DNA of 64,000 bases, from positions 92,994 through 156,993 of the IMG/VR virus record IMGVR_UViG_3300032224_000723; one strand, written 5' to 3'. The position numbers were made by a program, and so were the translations under genes. The notes beneath the pieces are model-generated. The model did not search any database and had not been told where the DNA came from. It was given only the letters and a program-made list of their open reading frames with translations. The DNA is from a virus. This document shows positions 55,907 to 64,000 of this stretch, piece by piece; position 1 is the first letter of the stretch; each line of letters begins with the position of its first letter.

Positions 55907-58747
55907 TTATCCAATTAAGTCGCCACCGAAGTCGCCACCGAAGTCGCCACCTAAGTCAAGGTCTGCTACATCAACATCAACTGCACCATCAACGCCAACA
56001 CCATCATTAAATTCAATGTCTTCCCCACCACCAAACGCATCACCATTTGGATCAGTAGACTCATTGTTCCATTCTTCACTGGCTTGATTCATAGCCGATT
56101 GTTCCGGTGCATGTTGGTCAGGTATATTGCCCGAACTAGAACTAGCGGCGCCATCTGCACCACCCCCACCACCCAATGTACTAGTAGATCCAAACCCCAA
56201 AGAATCTTTAATTTTATTAAAAGCATCTTTAGCATAAGCACCTGCTTTGTCCACTAATGGCTTAGTAACATCGCTAATCGCTTTATTTACTGCATTACCG
56301 GCAACTTGTTGAAGTTGTCCCGTTAAACCACTAAGTAATCCACCGCCACCGCCGCCCGATGATCCTGCAGTCAGACTTGCCCCGACACCAGCGCCGCCGC
56401 CAATTAAGGTATTTTGTATAACATTAGGCCCTGAGAATCTAGTAGCAGTAAATCCTTTGGGTGTGTAGTTCTGTAATATCAATGATTCAATTCTTTGTAT
56501 AGCATTATCGCGTGTAGAATTACTGGCTTCTTCAATCGTAATCAACACTAAATCTAAAGTTTGTTCAAATTTTCCTCTAGCAAAATCATTGCTAACTGTG
56601 ATTAGTTTGTATATTCCACTGAATTCATTTTTGCTATAGGGATTATTTCCTGGTATAGCTAAACCTATGGTTTCATCATAATCTGCAGGAGTGTCAAACA
56701 ATACCCTTATATACAACTCTCCGTTGTCCATCCAAAGGCTATTATTATCAGTTAATAAATTAGTGTCTTTGCCAGACCCTCTGCCCATGTAAAACAAGTC
56801 GTCTTGTTTAATAAAATGTGGATCACCAATGATTCGTAATTTAAGATTTACCATGTCCCCCCTAGCGGACAGTGTAAAAGATCGTTGCACATCTGCCGCA
56901 GTAGCTGAATCACTTTGATCTGCTCCTGCTCGTCCTTGCATATATCTACTAGAGACATAAGAAGTCGCAACTGGGGATACTTGCCTATATCTAGGAACAC
57001 CTGTTGACCCGGCATCCACTGCTTGTGCAGAGTCGGGGTTATCATCGCCCGCTTGTCTAAGATTGGGGTCGCCCACATTCTTAGCTGTGTCTGTTAATTT
57101 AGTTTTATTTCTAAATGCTTGTAATTCATTAAAATATAACAAATCAAAGTCAATTTGCATGTCTAATACATCTTTATTTTGACCAGTATAGAACCATGCA
57201 TATTCTTTAACAAAACCTGGAGCTCGGCCTTGCGGAGCATATGGGTGTTTAGCTGACAGTGTCCACATTTTTACATAGTAAGTAATTGCTAATGAATAAC
57301 GATTAGTTAACGGATCAAATGACTTAATTAGAATGCGAGGTACAATTTTATACCAGTTAAGTGGTTTTGACCTATCAGCATTAATGTCAAAAGTTTTTCC
57401 AGTGCTGGGATCACTTAACTGATTTCCTATGTAACTACTATTCCTTACGGCCCAGTCTATTAACTTGTCTATGGTCATACCTGCAGGGATTGATATTTTA
57501 CCAGAACGAAAATCAATTTGGCCTTTGGCTTGCCCTGCGGCATTTTGTGCGACTGTTTTTGCATTATCGTTAGATGTAGCTTGTGCTGTATTAATGGGAC
57601 CAGTTGTTGGATATAATGTAGCATTGGCAATCTCATCGTCAAATACCACAGATATAGTATCAATTGTTTGAACGGATCCTTTGGCCAATAATCCCTTCGA
57701 CCACCCGTTTATGCCATCAGTATATCCCGTGGATTGAAGATTTGTTGATAGTGCGGCCAGTTGTTTATCGATGGCCGCTAATTGGCTTTGTGAATTGGCA
57801 ATACCAAAGCCCCCTCTACCGTCATTGCCTGGTGATGCTGTGGCAGCTGCCAATCGCTGACGTTCTTGTTCTAATTCAATTCTTTGATTTGCTATAGTGG
57901 TAGCATTTTGATCAGCAGTACCTGACCCAAATACTTCCTGCACTGTTTTGGCTGCTATAGTAAATGCAGCTGGACTGGTAACATAAATTTGATTAAATGC
58001 ATGGTGATTATAGGGAACTGCTTGAATACTGTATTCAGTGCCGCGTGTTGTAATACGACTTTTTAAATCAGTTAATTTGATCGGTATTACTTTAGTCATG
58101 CTATCCAGTGGACCAGGATTTACAAAGTTATTTCCCTCGCCCACTCGAATAAATTTATTACCAGTGCCACTGGGCATGATATCGCCGTCTTTAAAACCAA
58201 AAAAATCAATTTGTATTACAAACGGCATTAGCAAATAACTACCACCAGTGTTTAATTCGTTGGCGGCAGCGATCAAACGATTAATAAATGTAAAACCTAA
58301 TGGTTCTATTAGAGTAAAGCTACATTCAACTAAGTTAGTACTTCTATTTCTAGTAGTTGTATTAATGACTGTGCTCATCTTAAAATTGTCAAAGTAAAAA
58401 TCTTCAGTGAAATGTCTATTTCTAACAAAATCTCTACCATAACGGCCAGCACTGCTCACTAACACATTTTGAGGATAATATAATTTTTTTTGGCCAAGAA
58501 TTTCAGTGCCTGTCATTAAATCATTATATTCGTCAATACTTAATAAGTGTAAACTTAAACAGTATGTATAGGAGTCATAATCGTTGAGTGGATTAGTCTG
58601 TTGATCTTGAACATAGACCGTTACATTGGTCATTTCATTAGACGAAGTTGATGGACTAGTCGCAGTTGATGCAGGACCAGTGGTGCCTGTTTGTGAGCCT
58701 GCCGCATTTATTGCGGCACTCAAATCTGCTGAATTCATCACTGCCAT
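55907..58747 (-). CDS. baseplate hub protein (gp27-like)
   Basis: NPLNDYDSYTY, IEPLG, IIGDP, FSGIY...F..GKFEQTL; between gp53-like and gp5-like genes. Confidence 0.65.
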   Translation of the reverse strand: MAVMNSADLSAAINAAGSQTGTTGPASTATSPSTSSNEMTNVTVYVQDQQTNPLNDYDSYTYCLSLHLLSIDEYNDLMTGTEILGQKKLYYPQNVLVSSAGRYGRDFVRNRHFTEDFYFDNFKMSTVINTTTRNRSTNLVECSFTLIEPLGFTFINRLIAAANELNTGGSYLLMPFVIQIDFFGFKDGDIMPSGTGNKFIRVGEGNNFVNPGPLDSMTKVIPIKLTDLKSRITTRGTEYSIQAVPYNHHAFNQIYVTSPAAFTIAAKTVQEVFGSGTADQNATTIANQRIELEQERQRLAAATASPGNDGRGGFGIANSQSQLAAIDKQLAALSTNLQSTGYTDGINGWSKGLLAKGSVQTIDTISVVFDDEIANATLYPTTGPINTAQATSNDNAKTVAQNAAGQAKGQIDFRSGKISIPAGMTIDKLIDWAVRNSSYIGNQLSDPSTGKTFDINADRSKPLNWYKIVPRILIKSFDPLTNRYSLAITYYVKMWTLSAKHPYAPQGRAPGFVKEYAWFYTGQNKDVLDMQIDFDLLYFNELQAFRNKTKLTDTAKNVGDPNLRQAGDDNPDSAQAVDAGSTGVPRYRQVSPVATSYVSSRYMQGRAGADQSDSATAADVQRSFTLSARGDMVNLKLRIIGDPHFIKQDDLFYMGRGSGKDTNLLTDNNSLWMDNGELYIRVLFDTPADYDETIGLAIPGNNPYSKNEFSGIYKLITVSNDFARGKFEQTLDLVLITIEEASNSTRDNAIQRIESLILQNYTPKGFTATRFSGPNVIQNTLIGGGAGVGASLTAGSSGGGGGGLLSGLTGQLQQVAGNAVNKAISDVTKPLVDKAGAYAKDAFNKIKDSLGFGSTSTLGGGGGADGAASSSSGNIPDQHAPEQSAMNQASEEWNNESTDPNGDAFGGGEDIEFNDGVGVDGAVDVDVADLDLGGDFGGDFGGDLIG
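55917..55957. repeat. 12-bp tandem repeat (AAGTCGCCACCG) x3.4 encoding (D-L/F-G-G)n
   Basis: aagtcgccaccg aagtcgccaccg aagtcgccacct aagtc. Confidence 0.9.
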
Positions 58748-58748
58748 G

Positions 58749-59054
58749 TTATTTTATTACCGATAAGATAGAAGTTTTTTTAGGCAAATAAATGCGTTTA
58801 CCTATTTTCATGTCAAATACTGGGTCTTCTATGTAGTCAGGATTACGTAATGCAAACACCCACCACAAGCCAGCATCGTTGTATAAGTCATAGGCTAATA
58901 AGTCAGGTCTAAACTGATAAGTTTTGTTAATGGTAAAAATAACGTCGTCAAATTCAGCAGGTATGGCAGGAAATTTAGCTACATCTAAAAAGCTACCATA
59001 AAATTGTGTTAGAAAATAAGGACTACTTCTATTGTATTGAACTGATATCGACAT
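58749..59054 (-). CDS. baseplate wedge protein (gp53/LysM-like)
   Basis: RPDLLAYDLY...LWWVFALRN...IYLP. Confidence 0.85.
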   Translation of the reverse strand: MSISVQYNRSSPYFLTQFYGSFLDVAKFPAIPAEFDDVIFTINKTYQFRPDLLAYDLYNDAGLWWVFALRNPDYIEDPVFDMKIGKRIYLPKKTSILSVIK

Positions 59055-59956
59055 TATATAAATCCCCCCAATGCGCCACCGGAGCCTTGCATTAGTAAGC
59101 CCTGTGCATATTTTTCCAATGTAAAGTTGTCATAGATGTTAGCTCTGCTGTATACCGGTTGTAATACAATTGACATGGTACTACTAGTAGGCAAACGTGT
59201 TAATACTCCTGAAGTGTCGGGCATTATACTGCCTGCAGGAGTATTCAATACTGTAGCTATTGGAATGTCTACATAGTCAACATCAGCTGGCATAGTATGC
59301 TCAAAACTCTGCACTACGCAAGGAACGTTAGGTAGATAAGCAGGCCCGTATCCATTTAAAAATACCATGGGAGGAGGAGTTCCTGCAAAATCACTACTGC
59401 CATAGAACATTTTTGTTGTTGCCCGCATAAAATGAATAGCAGCCATTAGGTATTGGCCTTCCCATATATTTTGCACAGTAAAATCAGCACTAATTCTAAT
59501 AGATCCAATTTCACTGCCTTCATAAAAATAACTGCTATAGTTACTGTGAGTTAATTGTGATGGATTGTATCTTGCACTGTGCGTTATTGTTATATTAGGA
59601 GTATATGGAAACACTAGGCCTTTGGTTTGACTTAATGCATACATAATGAGATTGCTTTGATTATTATAAAATATGCTGGCCAACAATGGTTGCATACTAA
59701 TTCTCACACGCCAATCAGAATCCATAGGTAAAGGATTTCCGTTTGTCCCCAAGAAATCAAAGTTAAATACTTGTCCAGCTGACCCAGCCAGTGCATTTAC
59801 AGCGCCGGATACCAATCCTGACCCAAATAATCTGGCTGCACTGGGGTTATCCGGCGATGGTGGTATTGGGCTGTCTAGTCCGTTAGGATTATACGCTTGT
59901 GACGACACTCCGTCGGGTGTGGTGTTGTTTGAATTATAGCCAGTGGTATCTGCCAT
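59054..59956 (-). CDS. tail tube initiator / baseplate-tube junction protein (gp48/gp54-like)
   Basis: FPYTP, HSNY, PPPMVFLNGYG, NVPCVV, DVDY; ATG 59956 follows the late promoter. Confidence 0.6.
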   Translation of the reverse strand: MADTTGYNSNNTTPDGVSSQAYNPNGLDSPIPPSPDNPSAARLFGSGLVSGAVNALAGSAGQVFNFDFLGTNGNPLPMDSDWRVRISMQPLLASIFYNNQSNLIMYALSQTKGLVFPYTPNITITHSARYNPSQLTHSNYSSYFYEGSEIGSIRISADFTVQNIWEGQYLMAAIHFMRATTKMFYGSSDFAGTPPPMVFLNGYGPAYLPNVPCVVQSFEHTMPADVDYVDIPIATVLNTPAGSIMPDTSGVLTRLPTSSTMSIVLQPVYSRANIYDNFTLEKYAQGLLMQGSGGALGGFI

Positions 59957-59975
59957 TGTTTTACTCGTTATCAAA

Positions 59976-59983
59976 TATTTATC
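59976..59983 (-). promoter_or_regulatory. late promoter GATAAATA heading the baseplate operon
   Basis: 19 nt upstream of ATG 59956. Confidence 0.6.
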
Positions 59984-60014
59984 GATTGAAAAATAGCAGT
60001 ATTTTATAAAAAGG

Positions 60015-60044
60015 TTGACAAAGTTTGTCAAAAGATGTTAGTAT
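60015..60044 (+). promoter_or_regulatory. sigma70-type promoter of the late sigma factor, containing a 17-bp palindrome
   Basis: TTGACA (60015-60020), 18 nt, TGt-TAGTAT (60039-60044); TTGACAAAGTTTGTCAA at 60015-60031. Confidence 0.7.
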
Positions 60045-60070
60045 GTACTAACTGTTTAAGGAGAACTAAA

Positions 60071-60937
60071 ATTAAACACAATTATCTTAATAACAAAGAT
60101 ATTCTTAAAGAAATACATAAAAGCAAGACTACGTACTGTGCTTACACCGATCCCTCAGATGCAGACTACGACATGATTGTGGACAGTGTCAAAAAGATCA
60201 ATAAGAAAAATATTCTAGAAGCACGTAAAAATAGGGCAGAAAGACTAACAAAATTAGCACACGAATCTGCTGTTCTTGCCACTGGTGAAAAGCAGAAAAT
60301 GAATCAGTTTGAAATCAAATATACAAAAATTTCTGCAACTGATGTGGTTTTTCGTGTTATGACTTGGGATCATATACCCATAGACGATGTAAAAACTAAC
60401 AAAGCAAGGAACACTGCCAAAGAACTTTATGAAGATGAAGATGAGGTGGCGCACACAGAATACGATGAAGAAGATCCAAAACATAACAAATATGTCAAAG
60501 TTAACTTTCCCCCTTTTTGCCACTACAAAGTAGACGAAGCTGGGGAACCTATACTAGTGGGCAAAAGCCATTGGAAGGGTCCTTTGGACACAGGATCATT
60601 TAGCAAGGATCACGGTGCAATGACTAAGAAGCTAGCACTGATGTTTATAAAATTATGCGAGCGTTATGCCACAAGATCAAATTGGAGAGGATATACCTAC
60701 AATGACGAAATGCGAAGCCAAGCCCTGTTGCAACTCAGCCAAATTGGGCTGCAATTCAACGAAAGCAAATCGCAGAACCCTTTTGCGTATTATACTGCCG
60801 CTATCACTAATAGCTTTACTCGTGTCTTAAACATCGAAAAACGTAATCAAAACTTACGTGACGATATTTTAGAAATGAACAATTTGAACCCCAGTTATAC
60901 ACGACAAGGCCAAAGTTCCAGTCATTATGATGAATGA
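60071..60937 (+). CDS. late-transcription sigma factor (T4 gp55-like)
   Basis: NYLNNKD, NWRGYTYNDEM, FNESKSQNPFAYYT...NSF; upstream of gp47; probable ATT start at 60071. Confidence 0.85.
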   Translation: MKHNYLNNKDILKEIHKSKTTYCAYTDPSDADYDMIVDSVKKINKKNILEARKNRAERLTKLAHESAVLATGEKQKMNQFEIKYTKISATDVVFRVMTWDHIPIDDVKTNKARNTAKELYEDEDEVAHTEYDEEDPKHNKYVKVNFPPFCHYKVDEAGEPILVGKSHWKGPLDTGSFSKDHGAMTKKLALMFIKLCERYATRSNWRGYTYNDEMRSQALLQLSQIGLQFNESKSQNPFAYYTAAITNSFTRVLNIEKRNQNLRDDILEMNNLNPSYTRQGQSSSHYDE

Positions 60938-62351
60938 AATTTTAGCTACTCTAGATATAAACACATATAGTTCGTTAAAGGACTTGTATACAGATTTGTT
61001 ATCTCTTAAAAGAGATGTGTTTTTAGATCATACGAGAATAGTTTTAATTTATAGTTCAGATAATCAAAAAAAATTATTGACTCAACTAATTACAGTCATT
61101 GATATTCCTGAGTTTTTTGTAATTTTTCAAAAATCAGACTCTAATAAGTTAGGGTATTTAGATTTTAGTTTCAGTGATTCACATTGCGTATATGCGTGGT
61201 GTAACATGGAAATACGTAATGATGGAAGTTTTTCACCCTGTTGCAGATTTGATGGGCACATTCTAAATGATCAAGGTCAAGCATTAACTATTCAAAATTC
61301 AAATATTGAAGAAGCGTACTTGAGTGCATTTATGCAAGATCTTAGAAAAGATCTATTAGAAGGTAAAAAACCAAAAACATGCAATTACTGTTGGGTCAAT
61401 GAAAAAGGAAACAACAAAAATAAAAACAGTAGCCTACGCTATGTCGGTAATCATAAATTTAAAGATGTTTATTATATATTAGATTATAAAAAAGAAGATG
61501 TTAATAACATACGGTCCTTAGACTTGAAATTAGGCAATACTTGCAATTTATCATGTAGAATATGCAATCCTGTGCCTAGTTCTAAAATTGCTTCAATGGA
61601 TTTAACTGTTGGGCGTTTGACTTTAAAAGATTTTAAAAAAATTAGCCGGGCCACTAAGTGGGCTACCACTGATGAGTTTTGGCATCAATTCTTGCCAATT
61701 GCACAAAATTTAACATCAATAGATATAGTGGGAGGAGAACCTTTTCTAGTCAAACCCCATTATAACTTTGTAGCAAAACTAATAGAGCTAGGTCTTGCTA
61801 AAAACATAACAATGAACTACGAGTCAAATGGTACAATATATGCTGATGAATATATTGAACAATGGAAACATTTTAAAGCAGTCAAAGTTGGGTTTAGTGT
61901 AGATGATATGAATGAAAGATTTGAATATCAACGAAACGGTGCGATCTGGGAATCAGTGGTAGAAAATATTAAAAAGTACAGTTCGTTGAGATTTGAAAAT
62001 CTTTCTTTAGAAATTTATCCAACTATTAATATTCAAAATGTTTACTACCTTCCCGAACTGCTAGAGTGGGCATTAACTATGAATGTTGACACTATCAGTT
62101 ATGGGTTTTTACATGGGCCCGAGTATTTGTCCATTGAAAATTTAACTGAAGAAGCAAAAAAGTTAGTTATTGACAAACTGCTGCCATATCAAGATAGATA
62201 TGAAATGATTGATGCTACCATCAATAAAATTAAAAATTCAAAACCCATACAAACCGACTTTTTAAAACAAATGCAAAGTCGAGACGCTGAGCGAGGTCAA
62301 AATTTTGCCGCGCACCACAGTGATATTGCCAAAGCCATGGGATACACCTAG
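60927..62351 (+). CDS. radical SAM protein with N-terminal extension and SPASM/twitch-like domain
   Basis: CVYAW, DGSFSPCC, CNYCW; CNLSCRIC, GGEP, YQRNG; very AT-rich. Confidence 0.9.
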   Translation: MMNEILATLDINTYSSLKDLYTDLLSLKRDVFLDHTRIVLIYSSDNQKKLLTQLITVIDIPEFFVIFQKSDSNKLGYLDFSFSDSHCVYAWCNMEIRNDGSFSPCCRFDGHILNDQGQALTIQNSNIEEAYLSAFMQDLRKDLLEGKKPKTCNYCWVNEKGNNKNKNSSLRYVGNHKFKDVYYILDYKKEDVNNIRSLDLKLGNTCNLSCRICNPVPSSKIASMDLTVGRLTLKDFKKISRATKWATTDEFWHQFLPIAQNLTSIDIVGGEPFLVKPHYNFVAKLIELGLAKNITMNYESNGTIYADEYIEQWKHFKAVKVGFSVDDMNERFEYQRNGAIWESVVENIKKYSSLRFENLSLEIYPTINIQNVYYLPELLEWALTMNVDTISYGFLHGPEYLSIENLTEEAKKLVIDKLLPYQDRYEMIDATINKIKNSKPIQTDFLKQMQSRDAERGQNFAAHHSDIAKAMGYT

Positions 62352-62377
62352 ACAAAACAAACGATATAAAGTATAAT
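62349..62377 (+). promoter_or_regulatory. sigma70-type promoter, leaderless gp47 mRNA
   Basis: TAGACA (62349-62354), 17 nt, TATAAT (62372-62377), 7 nt, ATG 62385. Confidence 0.7.
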
Positions 62378-62384
62378 GTCTGTT

Positions 62385-63401
62385 ATGACTAACCTTTTTA
62401 AAAAAGCCGCGGTTTTTACAGATATACATTTTGGATTGAAATCAAACAGTCAATTACACAATGAAGACTGTTTGAATTTTGTAAAATGGGCCACTGCTAA
62501 GGCCCGAGAAGAAGGCTGTGAGACTGCGCTGTTTTTAGGCGACTGGCACAACAATCGGGCCAGCATCAACATTGTTACACTTAACTACAGCCTAAAAGCA
62601 CTGGAACACTTAAATGGAAATTTTGACAGAGTGTATTTTATTCCTGGAAATCACGATCTCTATTATCGCGACAAACGTGATATACAAAGTGTGGAATGGG
62701 CACGTCATCTCCCCAATGTGGAAATATGTAACGATTGGTTTAACAGCGGTGATGTCATCATTGCTCCTTGGCTCGTGGGTGATGATCATAAAAGAATACC
62801 TAAGCTAAACGCCAAATACATGTTTGGGCATTTTGAACTGCCGCATTTTTATATGAATGCCATGGTACAGATGCCAGATCACGGGGAAGTTAAACGTGAG
62901 CACTTTGGCAACTTTGAGCATGTGTTTACTGGACACTTTCATAAACGACAAAGTAATAAGAACATCACTTATATTGGAAATTGTTTCCCCCATAACTATG
63001 CAGATGCTGGCGACGATGAACGTGGCATGATGATTTTAGAATGGGGCAAGGAACCAGAATATCACGCATGGCCCGATCAACCCCGTTATCGTGTGCTGGG
63101 ACTGGGTGCAATACTTAATAATCCTGATGATGTTTTAAAAGCAGGCATGCATGTACGTGTTAATCTTGACATTGATATCAGCTATGAAGAAGCTAACTTT
63201 ATCAAAGAAACATTTATTGGACAATATAATCTTAGAGAGATTACACTGATTCCGCAGAAAAACACAGACATAGAACAATACGAAATACAAGGCAATGTAG
63301 CATTTGAAAGTGTAGACCAAATTGTTACAAATCAATTAACTGCAATTGCCAGCGAGCACTACGATAACAAATTACTATTGGACATTTATCGAAATTTATG
63401 A
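62385..63401 (+). CDS. recombination endonuclease subunit (T4 gp47 / Mre11-SbcD)
   Basis: DIHFG, LGDW, GNHD, GHFE, GHFH metallophosphoesterase motifs. Confidence 0.92.
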   Translation: MTNLFKKAAVFTDIHFGLKSNSQLHNEDCLNFVKWATAKAREEGCETALFLGDWHNNRASINIVTLNYSLKALEHLNGNFDRVYFIPGNHDLYYRDKRDIQSVEWARHLPNVEICNDWFNSGDVIIAPWLVGDDHKRIPKLNAKYMFGHFELPHFYMNAMVQMPDHGEVKREHFGNFEHVFTGHFHKRQSNKNITYIGNCFPHNYADAGDDERGMMILEWGKEPEYHAWPDQPRYRVLGLGAILNNPDDVLKAGMHVRVNLDIDISYEEANFIKETFIGQYNLREITLIPQKNTDIEQYEIQGNVAFESVDQIVTNQLTAIASEHYDNKLLLDIYRNL

Positions 63402-63871
63402 GTTGGCGCACTATTCAATTACAGGATCAAACGTGCGATCAAGACGATATCATACTAGATTTGTTTAAAGATCAAAGTGTAAACTATATCGGAATAGATG
63501 ACGAGTTTGCTGAAAAATTAATGTTGGCTAGTGATAGCGACAAATTAATTGCTATTTTTAATGGCAAAGAACAGTGGCTGTCGGAATTAATAGAGTTTGT
63601 GGAACAACAATTAAAGAACACACAATATCAAACATTCTATTTTGGTATTAACAGATACTTGATATTGGGCAACGATACAAATTTATCATTTAATCAAATT
63701 GACAGCAGTGGTGAACAAATTATCAATTTAATAACCGATATCTTTGAACAATATGGCTGCTTTGTAACGCAGTCCGGCAAATTTGATGATGACCGTGGGA
63801 GATATTTTAATTTTGTACAGCCATTAACTTGGGTATACGGACATAGATATGATAGAATCTGCACCCAATAG
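63398..63871 (+). CDS. hypothetical protein
   Basis: 157-aa ORF, ATGA-coupled to gp47. Confidence 0.7.
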   Translation: MSWRTIQLQDQTCDQDDIILDLFKDQSVNYIGIDDEFAEKLMLASDSDKLIAIFNGKEQWLSELIEFVEQQLKNTQYQTFYFGINRYLILGNDTNLSFNQIDSSGEQIINLITDIFEQYGCFVTQSGKFDDDRGRYFNFVQPLTWVYGHRYDRICTQ

Positions 63872-64000
63872 TCAAAATAGAGACGATTATTATAAAACTG
63901 TTTACCCAGTGTTATCCATGTCAGAATCCCAATTAATTAACTTAACTGGGCTGAATCCTGCTAAAATAATAATCATTGATAGTTGTGCTTGGTATTATAA
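63849..64000 (+). CDS. 5' part of a hypothetical protein (runs off window)
   Basis: ATG 63849, MIESAPNSQNRDDYYK...IIIIDSCAWYY, open to the window end. Confidence 0.55.
   Translation, partial: MIESAPNSQNRDDYYKTVYPVLSMSESQLINLTGLNPAKIIIIDSCAWYY

Noticed and set aside
55812-56087. Plus-strand ORF with SPPK repeats
   Set aside because: It is the antisense reading of the GGDF repeat in the hub gene; no independent support.
71-63335. Many 60-160 aa antisense or nested ORFs in the ORF track
   Set aside because: They lie within well-supported genes and lack recognisable motifs.
1-64000. Stop-codon reassignment, as found in some jumbo phages
   Set aside because: Code 11 gives dense, full-length genes including a 4465-aa ORF; TAA, TGA and TAG all end genes at sensible places.
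1-64000. CRISPR array, tRNA/rRNA, intron, intein or transposase
   Set aside because: No spaced repeats or cloverleaf-sized gaps were seen; thyA, gp47 and gp55 are uninterrupted. tRNAscan/Infernal were not run.

Overview
A 64-kb segment of a large, AT-rich, T4-related (jumbo-type) myophage genome in the standard genetic code. Left arm (+ strand, 1-11.9 kb): MoxR-type AAA ATPase, a metallopeptidase-vWA protein, small hypotheticals, DHFR and thymidylate synthase, a radical SAM enzyme, an NDP-sugar epimerase/dehydratase and a DegT aminotransferase. Centre (- strand, 11.9-30.7 kb): a tightly coupled enzyme operon with seven radical SAM proteins, four glycosyltransferase-like proteins, a NodU/CmcH carbamoyltransferase flanked by an unannotated 33-aa PFIY peptide and an SGNH-type protein, a 2OG-Fe(II) oxygenase, dCMP deaminase and two paralogous His/Glu-motif unknowns. 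This operon lies directly downstream of the tail-fibre and baseplate module (- strand, 30.7-60 kb: fibres, a 4465-aa structural protein, gp6, gp25, gp5, hub, gp53, tube initiator). Right end (+): gp55-like late sigma factor, a ninth radical SAM gene and a gp47 (Mre11/SbcD) nuclease. The best candidate for an undescribed system is the roughly 22-kb radical SAM/glycosyl/carbamoyl tailoring cluster, possibly decorating the virion fibres. Regulatory oddities are a probable ATT start for the sigma factor, a palindromic divergent promoter, and repeated leaderless sigma70-type and late promoters. All calls come from motif reading by eye; no searches were run.
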